Below are positions 1-8,127 of a stretch of DNA of 26,385 nucleotides, one piece after another. The notes beneath the pieces were generated by a model. It made no database searches, was not told the DNA's origin, and saw only the letters and a list, made by a program, of their open reading frames with translations. The stretch comes from a virus. Its lineage: Duplodnaviria > Caudoviricetes. The position numbers were made by a program, and so were the translations under genes. The DNA lies in the IMG/VR virus record IMGVR_UViG_3300042560_002128, positions 1-26,385 of that record; one strand, 5' to 3'. Positions within the stretch are counted from its first letter, which is position 1. Each line of letters starts with the position of its first letter.

Positions 1-1452
1 TGTAATGCTTTGCGAGCTACCATTTCCGGTCCACAAAACTGTATCGAAAACCGTATTAGGCTTGACGACTAATGGCGTTGTGAGGTTGGCCGTGCAGAGC
101 GCCTTGAAGCCGCTGGGGGCCGTGTAGGCGAAGGCGCGTTGGCCGAAGTTCATGCTGGCCACGGAACTTCCCGACGTGTAATCTCCTACTGCTGAATAAA
201 AAGTTCCTGACAGTGACGAGAATGCTGTCCCTTGACTTGTGTTGTTTTTGTAAAAAACTAAGGTTCCTGCATCAAGATCAAGAGCTATCCCAATCACATC
301 ATTTGATGTGTAGGATGCGCCATAGGCAGTTGAAGAACCGTTGTTGTACTTGTTACCAGATTGCAAATATGCATAACCATCTGCGGTAGATCCAAGCTCG
401 GCATTTGTTCCACCGATTTTCAAAACGCCCACTGAAATGCTAGTGGCTGTTGTAGGGGTTACCTCCCAGTACCATTTCCCAGAGCTAACAGCAATGGTGC
501 CAACAGAAGTGGCGCTTCCGGTGGTTGATGTTGTTACATCCAGATTGCCATTGCTGAGTGTATTTCCAGAAACGAATAGGGGATTCAACGTCGCATAATT
601 CCCCCTAACCTCACCCCCCACGCCCGTATCCGTCTGCGCCCCGTTAGTGGGCACATCTACGAGGCTGTCATTACCCGAACCAGCGGTGATACTTAAGTTA
701 TTCGGAGTCCAGTTGTTACCTAAATTGAAATTATCTTTACCTAAAGTTGTGGCTGTAGCAGCAGAGTTGTCGCTGAAAGGCAGCCAGAAGCTGTTACCCG
801 TATAAGTACCGGTGTATGCCTTCGGGATGAGCTGGCCGGTGGTGGCGTCGGTTTCGGTGAAGCTGCTGGGGGTCAGCGCTTGGCCGTCGATGAAGTAGAT
901 GTCGGCTAGGTAGCCGTCGAAATAACGAGCAGAGAGTATAGATGCTCGTCCAATTTCATGCAGAGCCGCTTGATTAATGCCGTAGTCTTGGTTGCTGATG
1001 GACGCCCTATTGTCAATGCTGAAATCGGTAAGCTGGACGCTATTTACATACAGCTTAATCTTGTTTGCATTTGTTCCTTGTGTAGCATCAAAAGCCGCAA
1101 CTATGTGATACCAAGCCGACACGTCCCTGTAGACAGAAGCGGAAACTAGGAAATTGCTAACAGCTCCAGCAACAGTCAACTTGTGATTATTGTCGATGTA
1201 GATACCCATAAAACCGGTATCGCTACTTGTAGTTCCACCGGTAAAAAGATTGACATCAAGTCCAGTCGATAGCGAAGCCCGCTTCACCCACCCCGCCCAG
1301 GTCCAGGTGCGGCGGTTGCCAGCAGATGCGGGGGTGCGGCTGAGATAGGCCGAATCGGCTGAGTTGAACCTCAGACTTCTACTAATACTGTATGCTCCGC
1401 CAGAAGCAGAAGCGGCTCCAAAAAACTCAGGAGTTGTATTTCCCGGAATCAT
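1..1452 (-). CDS. LamG/concanavalin-A-like + SPRY-domain tail/receptor-binding protein (3' end runs off the window)
   Basis: Absent from the ORF track because there is no stop in the window. ATG at 1452 overlaps the upstream TGA (ATGA). Reads MIPGNTTPEFFGAASASGGAYSISRSLRFNSADSAYLSRTPASAGNRRTWTWAGWVKR..., later SSGKWYWEV, IGIALDLDAG, NFGQRAFAYTAPSGFKALCTANL and FDTVLWTGNG, motifs typical of aquatic-phage LamG/SPRY tail proteins. Confidence 0.8.
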   Translation of the reverse strand, partial: MIPGNTTPEFFGAASASGGAYSISRSLRFNSADSAYLSRTPASAGNRRTWTWAGWVKRASLSTGLDVNLFTGGTTSSDTGFMGIYIDNNHKLTVAGAVSNFLVSASVYRDVSAWYHIVAAFDATQGTNANKIKLYVNSVQLTDFSIDNRASISNQDYGINQAALHEIGRASILSARYFDGYLADIYFIDGQALTPSSFTETDATTGQLIPKAYTGTYTGNSFWLPFSDNSAATATTLGKDNFNLGNNWTPNNLSITAGSGNDSLVDVPTNGAQTDTGVGGEVRGNYATLNPLFVSGNTLSNGNLDVTTSTTGSATSVGTIAVSSGKWYWEVTPTTATSISVGVLKIGGTNAELGSTADGYAYLQSGNKYNNGSSTAYGASYTSNDVIGIALDLDAGTLVFYKNNTSQGTAFSSLSGTFYSAVGDYTSGSSVASMNFGQRAFAYTAPSGFKALCTANLTTPLVVKPNTVFDTVLWTGNGSSQSIT

Positions 1453-2177
1453 GAGACAGTTCCCGAACCGTAATTAGCGGAAAGAATGGCGCTTACACGA
1501 TTAGGGTTGATCACATAATACGTAAGAATATCCACGCCGCTGGCCGTAGTCGTAAGGGTAGGCGCCGTATTTCCAGCAAAACTCCAAGAGCCGCTATATG
1601 TAACTAAACGACTTCCCGTGCCATCCTGACGAATCGCAATAGAACCACATTGACCACCACTGGCGTTTGTCGGAGACGCAAAAGTCGAATTATTAGTAAG
1701 AACAACCTCAAAATTATTACGAGTGCCGAAGTTAAAAATGCAGACACCCGACGAGTTGATAGCGCCAGTAGTGCCAAAAGACTGAGATTGGACAACAATG
1801 GGACCGGAAATTGGGCCACCCGTCTTGTCGTATTTATTAGCTAAAGAACTTAGAGCGGCATTGCCAGAAGCCTGAGCAGTAGAGCCGACAACTAAAGCTG
1901 CGTTACCTGAAGCTTGAGCTGTAGAGCCAACAACTAAAGCTGCGTTACCTGAAGCCTGAGCTGTGGCGGCGCTCGTTAAAGCGGAATTGCCAGAAGCAAG
2001 AGCTTGATTAGCGGTCGATTGAGCAGCGACACCGCTAGCAGCGAGCGTAAACCGAGCATCAAGAACGCCAACTTCAACACGTTTATTTAGCGTCCCCGAA
2101 GCTTCAACGACAGGAAAGTAATCACCACTGGCTAACGTCGTGATCGCTGTAAATTGCGATATTTTCTGGCTAGCCAT
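1449..2177 (-). CDS. tail fibre-like structural protein
   Basis: N-terminal 'KISQF..ITTL' motif, Ala/Ser/Gly-rich heptad-like repeats and a C-terminal 'IRQDGTGSRLVT...PTLTTTASGVDILTYY' fibre-type domain. Confidence 0.7.
   Translation of the reverse strand: MASQKISQFTAITTLASGDYFPVVEASGTLNKRVEVGVLDARFTLAASGVAAQSTANQALASGNSALTSAATAQASGNAALVVGSTAQASGNAALVVGSTAQASGNAALSSLANKYDKTGGPISGPIVVQSQSFGTTGAINSSGVCIFNFGTRNNFEVVLTNNSTFASPTNASGGQCGSIAIRQDGTGSRLVTYSGSWSFAGNTAPTLTTTASGVDILTYYVINPNRVSAILSANYGSGTVS
1852..2005. repeat. degenerate 42-bp coding tandem repeat (TAQASGNAAL(VVGS), about 3.5 copies)
   Basis: The block caactaaagctgcgttacctgaagc recurs at 42-nt spacing, and the repeat is visible in the protein. 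Boundaries are approximate. Confidence 0.75.
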
Positions 2178-2179
2178 GT

Positions 2180-2656
2180 TTATGCAGTCTCTAAGTCAAT
2201 TGTAGACCCATCTTCTTGAAGCATAGCATCCAGAAGAACACCAGCGCTGGTTTCAAGAAGAATTACTGAAGTAGGGTTAACAACGAACGTAGGTCGCGAT
2301 AATTCAACTTCAAGCGCAGAAGTTGATACAGCCCGACCAACAGTAGTTAAATAAGCCCCTTCATACGCAGTCGCGGCTAAATCAGAACTCCAAGTGGAGT
2401 AAGAAACATTTACGCCCGAAGAAAGAATCGAAACGTAGCGATACTCGCCCGGAGTTAAACCACTTGCAGCCGTATATAAAAAGTCTCCGTTAACTCGAAT
2501 AAGCGAGCCAGCGGAACCCGAATCGAGAGCCACGCCGATTGCGCTGGCTTGATTCTGTAAAATTGCACTGGATTTATAAATAAACCCAGTAGAACTTACG
2601 AAAACTGTATCTCCAGCCGAGATGGCTTCTCCTGCTGTAAACGAAGTTAAAGCCAT
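2180..2656 (-). CDS. virion structural protein (capsid cement/fibre-like)
   Basis: 'FTAGEAISAGDTVFV...AIGVALD...G...LTPG..Y' pattern typical of phage decoration/fibre domains; lies in the structural operon. Confidence 0.6.
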   Translation of the reverse strand: MALTSFTAGEAISAGDTVFVSSTGFIYKSSAILQNQASAIGVALDSGSAGSLIRVNGDFLYTAASGLTPGEYRYVSILSSGVNVSYSTWSSDLAATAYEGAYLTTVGRAVSTSALEVELSRPTFVVNPTSVILLETSAGVLLDAMLQEDGSTIDLETA

Positions 2657-2680
2657 CTCGACCTTTTAGATAATTCCAGT

Positions 2681-2806
2681 TTAGCCCTTACCTTGGCCTC
2701 TCGTCTTTTTCCTCCCGTGTGAGGCCTTACTGTGCATACCCTCGCCCTGACGGGTTTTTTTAGGCTTGGATTCGATCTTGCTGAGGGGCGCTTTGGACTT
2801 AACCAT
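2681..2806 (-). CDS. small basic protein (41 aa), cyanophage-type KKTRQG...RGQGK family
   Basis: Manual translation MVKSKAPLSKIESKPKKTRQGEGMHSKASHGRKKTRGQGKG*; fills the gap between neighbouring genes. Confidence 0.75.
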   Translation of the reverse strand: MVKSKAPLSKIESKPKKTRQGEGMHSKASHGRKKTRGQGKG

Positions 2807-2850
2807 GCGGATAGTGCAACCGCACAAGCTTAGGAAAAAATACTAAATCG

Positions 2851-3759
2851 TCAAGTAACATCAATGTCGACCCAAGCAGAGCCGTTCCAAACCTTCAACC
2901 GGTTCGTATCGGAATCCAACCAGCCAGCACCTTGAACAGAGGGAGCAGGAGCAGTCGAACCGTAAGCAAACGAGCGAGAAGGCCCAGCTTCGTACCAGCC
3001 ACTTGAAGTCGCGTCGTAAACAAACAAGTTTCCGAGCAAAGTATTGAACCAGAGACTTCCGTCTCGCGGTGGTGCGTTCAGACCAGTGCCTGAAGGTGCA
3101 ACTTCACCTTTGAGAGCAAGTGCTTCAGCATTTGTTTGATACCACGAGGGCGTCGAAACACCATTGCCGCTGGCATAAACGAACATGCGTCCCTGGTTGG
3201 TGTCGAACCAGAGAGCACCGTTGGCATAACCCGGACGCGGGGCGCCGGAAACAGTTATCGAAGCGGAATCTGCGCCACTAATCGCAACTAAACCGCCGTT
3301 ATAAATTACAGAAGTGCTTCCTTCTCCATAAGCACCCAAATTAAACTTGGTTCCGCCATCAGAAAGATACAGACCAGAACCAGCAGTAAACGCAACACCA
3401 GATGTAGAAAGGACAGTGGCGTTAATAAACGCATATCGGCCACTATAAGTTACGTAAATACCTGATCCGCCCTCAACAGCAGCGTTGACAACCGTAAACG
3501 CTCCGCTTGTGGTGGTATAGATACCGGAGCCAGCGATAACAGCGCCGCCCGAGTTAACACCACTCAGTGTCCAGTTAAGATCCTCAATGACCTGGACTAA
3601 TCCCTCAAAGTTGGCGGCATACCCTGACGGGTCAATGGTGAAAGATGCTGTTCCCACGCCGCTAATTGTGTAAATACATTCGACGAGGGCATCAACTGCC
3701 CCCCGAAAGTTGGGAGTGTGAAGACTATGACGAGACGGGTAGTGACCGCACGCGGACAT
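2851..3759 (-). CDS. tail fibre/structural protein
   Basis: Repeated 'G.LWF.T..G..FVY...W' modules and 'AGSGI' repeats typical of phage fibre proteins. Confidence 0.7.
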   Translation of the reverse strand: MSACGHYPSRHSLHTPNFRGAVDALVECIYTISGVGTASFTIDPSGYAANFEGLVQVIEDLNWTLSGVNSGGAVIAGSGIYTTTSGAFTVVNAAVEGGSGIYVTYSGRYAFINATVLSTSGVAFTAGSGLYLSDGGTKFNLGAYGEGSTSVIYNGGLVAISGADSASITVSGAPRPGYANGALWFDTNQGRMFVYASGNGVSTPSWYQTNAEALALKGEVAPSGTGLNAPPRDGSLWFNTLLGNLFVYDATSSGWYEAGPSRSFAYGSTAPAPSVQGAGWLDSDTNRLKVWNGSAWVDIDVT

Positions 3760-3776
3760 TAGTTTCCTTAAAAATA

Positions 3777-4139
3777 CTACCCTCCAACGTAAAGTCTAGC
3801 GCACTCGTTTATTTTTTCTTTGTTCAGCTTAGCCGAGACCCTTTTTACAAAACTGACATTGCAGCCCAGATTTTTAGAGACCGTGTTGCAGCTGTGTCCC
3901 GCATTCAACTGAGCGATAACTTCCTTACCCAGGAATGTTGAAAGTGCCCGTTGTTCAATACGTTTACGAATTTCAGCGTACTGACCGGCAGAAGCAAAGC
4001 TTTTTATAATCTGCTGAACCCGTTGCTTCGAAATATTGAATTTTTTACCTATTTCAGCGTAGCTCTTCCCCTCCATCAAATAATCGTAAATATCCGCAAA
4101 ACGCTGTTTAGCTTCCGGCGAAGGACAAAGACGACCCAT
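3777..4139 (-). CDS. helix-turn-helix DNA-binding protein (sigma-70 region 4-like)
   Basis: 'GKSYAEIGKKFNISKQRVQQI' is a canonical HTH; a second HTH-like segment 'GHSCNTVSKNLGCNVSFVKRV' follows. Confidence 0.75.
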   Translation of the reverse strand: MGRLCPSPEAKQRFADIYDYLMEGKSYAEIGKKFNISKQRVQQIIKSFASAGQYAEIRKRIEQRALSTFLGKEVIAQLNAGHSCNTVSKNLGCNVSFVKRVSAKLNKEKINECARLYVGG

Positions 4140-4163
4140 AATCAGCTTGAAACTGAGTCGACC

Positions 4164-4328
4164 TTACCCAGCATCTACTTTGGTGTCAACCTCACGATGC
4201 TGATAAAACTCTTCAGCTATACGCCAAGCTGGGATATTTAACTTCATAGCTCTGCGGCGACACTCCGCCCAGAACTCCTCATCAGACAGGTCTATAGCTG
4301 CACTTGGTTTTAAGCTTGCTGTAGGCAT
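4164..4328 (-). CDS. small hypothetical protein (54 aa)
   Basis: Manual translation MPTASLKPSAAIDLSDEEFWAECRRRAMKLNIPAWRIAEEFYQHREVDTKVDAG*; co-oriented with the downstream HTH gene. Confidence 0.6.
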   Translation of the reverse strand: MPTASLKPSAAIDLSDEEFWAECRRRAMKLNIPAWRIAEEFYQHREVDTKVDAG

Positions 4329-4479
4329 GACCCATCCCTAGAAGATGTTGTTCGTATATTACCAGATATTCCAGAAAAAGCGTAGTTTTGTACTCTTTGC
4401 CCTATAGTCGACAGTACGCGGGTTGCCACGGCTGCAAAAACCAAAACACCGTGTTTCAAAACTATCTCCAGAAGCCCGT

Positions 4480-4618
4480 TTACTTAACGTGAATTTCGTT
4501 TTAAAACGTGCTTAGTTATATATTTAAAATTATATTATAAGTAATATGCGCTAACGCAAATTTCGCTGCAGTTAAATACTGTAAAACTTGCCGGTCAGGC
4601 GAAATTTACGTTAAGTAA
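4480..4618. repeat. 19-bp inverted repeat flanking an AT-rich core in the divergent intergenic region
   Basis: TTACTTAACGTGAATTTCG (4480-4498) and CGAAATTTACGTTAAGTAA (4600-4618) match at 18/19 as reverse complements. A partial third copy TAACGCAAATTTCG is at 4552-4565, and 4512-4547 is almost pure A/T. Confidence 0.8.
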
Positions 4619-4713
4619 TCTAATGATTGAGGAGAAAATCAAAAAAGGGAGCACGAACGGCTAAGCTACCTACATGGTGCGCTGTGTGCGTTCCGTGCGT
4701 TGTGTGAGCTCAA

Positions 4714-5400
4714 ATGAGTACATCCGTATTCCTAACCCAGTACCTCGGGATCCTTGAACCCGTCCTTTCAGAGCCTCCAGGAGGCATTCCGGACGAAACA
4801 CGAGAGCTAGGCAACTTCGAGTTGGCTGTCTACGGGCAGACCGGTGTCCTCCTCTGCCAGTGCGGGCGCCAGGACCCGATAGCCCTTCGGATGCGCGACG
4901 TGGCCCACGCTGCTCCGATTCGGGGCCTGATGGCCTGTCCTGCCTGCGTTGCCGAATCCCGCACCAACCCTGGTCGTTCGAAGCTGATCCAGGCTTGGTT
5001 CCGGCGCCGCAAACTGGCGATAAACCCTGATCAGCACTTATATCTTCCTGAGTCCTTGCACCGCCTGGTCGACGACGAGGAGATCATGCGCCCGCGTCGC
5101 TACATATATAAGGTGTTTTTTGATTGCGACTTGACTACGGAAGATAAAGTTCTGTGTTCGTGCGGGGATCAATCCTGTTTAAATCCTTATCACATGATGA
5201 TCGGTAAAAGTCCTGCGCGTAAAATGACACCAGAAATGCTGGAGGCTGTACAAGCATGGCTAAAGAACGGCAAAACGACCAAATCGGTGGTGGAATTGCT
5301 CAAAATAAAATTTCAAAAGTCGTTTTCTATTCGGACTATACAATTGCTAAAAAAAGAGTTTCAGCAATCAGGCTTTACGAAGAGCTCGTTCAGCTGTTAG
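4714..5400 (+). CDS. Cys-rich protein with an HNH-like Zn-binding loop and C-terminal HTH
   Basis: CQCG...CPAC zinc motif, 'CSCGDQSCLNPYHM' resembling the C-x4-C-x-NP-x-H loop of HNH endonucleases, and a C-terminal HTH-like segment. Confidence 0.6.
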   Translation: MSTSVFLTQYLGILEPVLSEPPGGIPDETRELGNFELAVYGQTGVLLCQCGRQDPIALRMRDVAHAAPIRGLMACPACVAESRTNPGRSKLIQAWFRRRKLAINPDQHLYLPESLHRLVDDEEIMRPRRYIYKVFFDCDLTTEDKVLCSCGDQSCLNPYHMMIGKSPARKMTPEMLEAVQAWLKNGKTTKSVVELLKIKFQKSFSIRTIQLLKKEFQQSGFTKSSFSC

Positions 5401-5588
5401 TATTTCGCCAACCTCTTTCCACGAAAGAGATACGCAGTGAGTTGTATTCACCTAAGGACAACTTACTGAGGGCTTTAAAATCCCTAGTACAACTTGATTT
5501 GGTACGAAAAATCTCTTTCGAAACGCATACGCTGTATGTGCTAAATGGAGAGTACAATTCGTTAATTAAAACTACACTTGGATTATGA
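5256..5588 (+). CDS. winged-helix DNA-binding protein (start uncertain)
   Basis: 'QPLSTKEIRSEL....NLLRALKSLVQLDLVRK......LYVLN' fits a wHTH pattern. TGA overlaps the next ATG; 145-nt overlap with the upstream gene. Confidence 0.65.
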   Translation: MAKERQNDQIGGGIAQNKISKVVFYSDYTIAKKRVSAIRLYEELVQLLVFRQPLSTKEIRSELYSPKDNLLRALKSLVQLDLVRKISFETHTLYVLNGEYNSLIKTTLGL

Positions 5589-6016
5589 ACACAGAACTCG
5601 ATAAGAAGCCCTTTCGGTGGGATGACGAATACGTTATTGAAAATCTTCCTACATGGATTTACACAGATAATGATCAACCACGCTCGATAAACGAGTGCAG
5701 GGCCAAGATCTCCTCTGTCGAATACACAATCGAAGACATCGACTTACAGATTCAGATACGAGATCTGGAATTAAAAACAGGTAACAGTCGTCATCAGTCC
5801 TCTTTCGATTTCGATAAGTGGAAAACTCAAGCGTTGCGAGCTAGGCAGACACATCTGTATCTTCTGAACGCTTATAAATACTGGTTGATCCTTAACGAAA
5901 AAGAACCGGATCCTAAGTATTTAGATAAAAAACTGAATCAGATCATTAAACTGCTAATAGAGGAGCCTGCTGATTTTGAACAACAACTCGCAGCACTCTA
6001 CGATTTGCCTGCGTAA
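5585..6016 (+). CDS. hypothetical coiled-coil protein
   Basis: 143-aa ORF translationally coupled (ATGA) to the upstream gene. Confidence 0.7.
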   Translation: MNTELDKKPFRWDDEYVIENLPTWIYTDNDQPRSINECRAKISSVEYTIEDIDLQIQIRDLELKTGNSRHQSSFDFDKWKTQALRARQTHLYLLNAYKYWLILNEKEPDPKYLDKKLNQIIKLLIEEPADFEQQLAALYDLPA

Positions 6017-6425
6017 CAGGAATCACATAAAAACCGATACGGTTTGCGAGGAGTGCCTGAAAACAATAAATAATTTTGCCTGCGAACCACAGCTGCAGGA
6101 CGTTGAGCCCGAACTCCGGGCTCTTTTTACGCAGCTAACTGCTCAAAACCGAGACCTATATACGTGTTGGAAAAGCTCTTACAAAACAATTACGGTTCTT
6201 GGTAAACGCCTGAATATAGAGAACGTCTACTACAACTTTTATAAGGGTGACATCGGAAACTTTGCTTTAAAACGAATTTGCGGAACAATTGGGTGTGTAA
6301 ATCCAGCTCACCACAAATCACGCTTTGAGGCTGAAACAATCAAAAAGAAAGTGCAAAGTGGATTTAACAGAAAATTAAAAAACATGAGTGAGCTATCCAC
6401 AGCGGAATGGCTGCGCCAACCTTAG
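5976..6425 (+). CDS. HNH-like Zn-binding-loop protein (start uncertain)
   Basis: N-terminal C-x4-H...CEEC cluster, a 'CW' motif and 'RICGTIGCVNPAHH'. Confidence 0.6.
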   Translation: MNNNSQHSTICLRNRNHIKTDTVCEECLKTINNFACEPQLQDVEPELRALFTQLTAQNRDLYTCWKSSYKTITVLGKRLNIENVYYNFYKGDIGNFALKRICGTIGCVNPAHHKSRFEAETIKKKVQSGFNRKLKNMSELSTAEWLRQP

Positions 6426-6564
6426 ACTTCTGTCACTGGCTTTCGTAAGAAAGGCCGAAAGTCAGTATATTGGGGTACGCTCGGTTTTAGCCTTTTCCCG
6501 AGTGTGGCAACTGAACTCCATTGCCCGGCGCCGGGGGATGGGGCAGCCCCAAATTACTTAAATT

Positions 6565-6888
6565 ATGGAAGTTGAATCCCGAGAACTCCTGAGTCTGCTG
6601 CAAAGCATCGATGTATCGCTGCAGATTTTGGCGCAAAACAAAACAAAAGCAGCAAAAACTGTATTTGTGTCAAAGAAAGTGATCGCCTCTCGCTTAGGCG
6701 TGCCTCCTGTAACAATCGACAAGCTGATCTACCAAGGAATTACATCAGGTGGTAAATCCGGCCTTGTTGAACTGCGTCATTACTGTAAGCTAGATCCGAC
6801 AGAACAAAATACGTCTAACTTTCTGTTCGATCCCGTGCAAATAACCACGGACGCTTGGGCTTCTTTCACTAACTACGACAATGTTTAA
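6565..6888 (+). CDS. putative DNA-binding protein (HTH/excisionase-like)
   Basis: 'VSKKVIASRLGVPPVTIDKLI....GLVELRHY' is an HTH-like pattern. Confidence 0.6.
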   Translation: MEVESRELLSLLQSIDVSLQILAQNKTKAAKTVFVSKKVIASRLGVPPVTIDKLIYQGITSGGKSGLVELRHYCKLDPTEQNTSNFLFDPVQITTDAWASFTNYDNV

Positions 6889-7297
6889 TTCAAACAAAAC
6901 AAAACAAGCATTTAAAAACGTCTTTGGATTCTCAGAAATTCAAAATCGCATCGCTTTAAACACGGTCAAGATGATCGTGGGCGATATGGTGACTTTGTAC
7001 TCAGAGTTCAAGAAAAATGAAGGGTCCGGAGCTCTGTTTTTTATCCCTTCGAATCCGAAGTGTTCACGCTATGTGACAATCTCGGACATCCAAAAAGACA
7101 TCATTTTGTCTGAGGAGTTGATGGACAAACCTCTGACAGAATTTCTACGCAAATTGGGAAATATCGTCGAAAAACACGAAGACGAAGAGAAACCCATCGT
7201 GGTGCTGGTGACAGAGAGCGGTATGAGTATTCATATCGTTAATCCTGACGAAGTTTCTGACAACATCACGGATTATTTGACCGATGCCGCTAGCTAG
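6881..7297 (+). CDS. hypothetical protein
   Basis: 138-aa ORF overlapping both neighbours in an operon-like arrangement. Confidence 0.7.
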   Translation: MFNSNKTKQAFKNVFGFSEIQNRIALNTVKMIVGDMVTLYSEFKKNEGSGALFFIPSNPKCSRYVTISDIQKDIILSEELMDKPLTEFLRKLGNIVEKHEDEEKPIVVLVTESGMSIHIVNPDEVSDNITDYLTDAAS

Positions 7298-7862
7298 TGT
7301 CGATTTTGTTTCCCCGCCAGAAGTTATTGCAACTACGACGGCATTTTTTGACGGGGAAATAGCACTCGATCCGGCATCAAGTGTCAGTGCCAATAAGTTA
7401 GTCTGTGCATCTAAATTTTTTACGTACGAAGACAGCGGATTAAATCAAATTTGGCGAGCTAAAAACGTTTATTTGTTTCCGCCACGGGATTTTTTATTAG
7501 GTAGCGAGCAACCGGCGGACGCCTACTTGTTTAGAAAGCGGAGGCGCTTTCAAAAGTCTGCACAGCGGGTGTGGCTAGAGGAATGCAAACGAAAGTATCT
7601 AAGACAAGAGTTCGACGAAGCGATCGTTTTTTTAACTTCTACAGAAGTGGCTTTGTTGACGACTCAAAAACTTGAAATTGACTTTCCGCTGTGCATACTT
7701 AGAGACAGACCAAATTTGTATATAGATACACCTGAGTTAAATAAACTTGATAACACAAGATGCCTTGGATTTGTTTATTACTTTCCCAGCTCTATAAACA
7801 CTGAGAAACGTATATACGACTTTAGTAACCTCTATAGTAACCTTGGTCGGGTGTTTGTTTGA
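7284..7862 (+). CDS. phage DNA N6-adenine methyltransferase-like protein with a degenerate catalytic motif
   Basis: 'IALDPASS..AN..V.A.KFFT.EDSGL.Q.W...VYLFPP' follows the phage Dam-like pattern (DLDPAS...DGL...W...V.LNPPY), but NPPY is replaced by FPPR. Confidence 0.7.
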   Translation: MPLASVDFVSPPEVIATTTAFFDGEIALDPASSVSANKLVCASKFFTYEDSGLNQIWRAKNVYLFPPRDFLLGSEQPADAYLFRKRRRFQKSAQRVWLEECKRKYLRQEFDEAIVFLTSTEVALLTTQKLEIDFPLCILRDRPNLYIDTPELNKLDNTRCLGFVYYFPSSINTEKRIYDFSNLYSNLGRVFV

Positions 7863-8127
7863 TTGGATCAGGCGTATCGTAAGTTTCGTCTGGTCCAAAC
7901 TTATCATTCGCTCCAAAACCTAATCCCACGGCGACGTTGCGCATTTTGCGGAACATTCGCGTACGCATTAATCTACGGGTTCTTTCGTCAGAACCTTCCG
8001 CCCAGACTTTACCGGCTAAACGAATATCGGATCGCTGTCGATAACGGTAATCATGTTTAGCAAACGGCGCTTCGGCGTGAAAATTAACTTCACGCTCATG
8101 AAACGAAGGACGTTTTACATTAAACAT
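7822..8127 (-). CDS. hypothetical basic protein
   Basis: 101-aa ORF coupled to the upstream minus-strand gene; last gene of that block, converging on the methyltransferase-like gene. Confidence 0.6.
   Translation of the reverse strand: MFNVKRPSFHEREVNFHAEAPFAKHDYRYRQRSDIRLAGKVWAEGSDERTRRLMRTRMFRKMRNVAVGLGFGANDKFGPDETYDTPDPIKQTPDQGYYRGY

Noticed and set aside
4480-4618. Protelomerase tel site or MITE
   Set aside because: Not a continuous palindrome, no evident target-site duplication, and no protelomerase or transposase in the window.
6425-6463. Hammerhead ribozyme (stem followed by GAAA)
   Set aside because: The required CUGAnGA core is absent (CUGUCAC instead).
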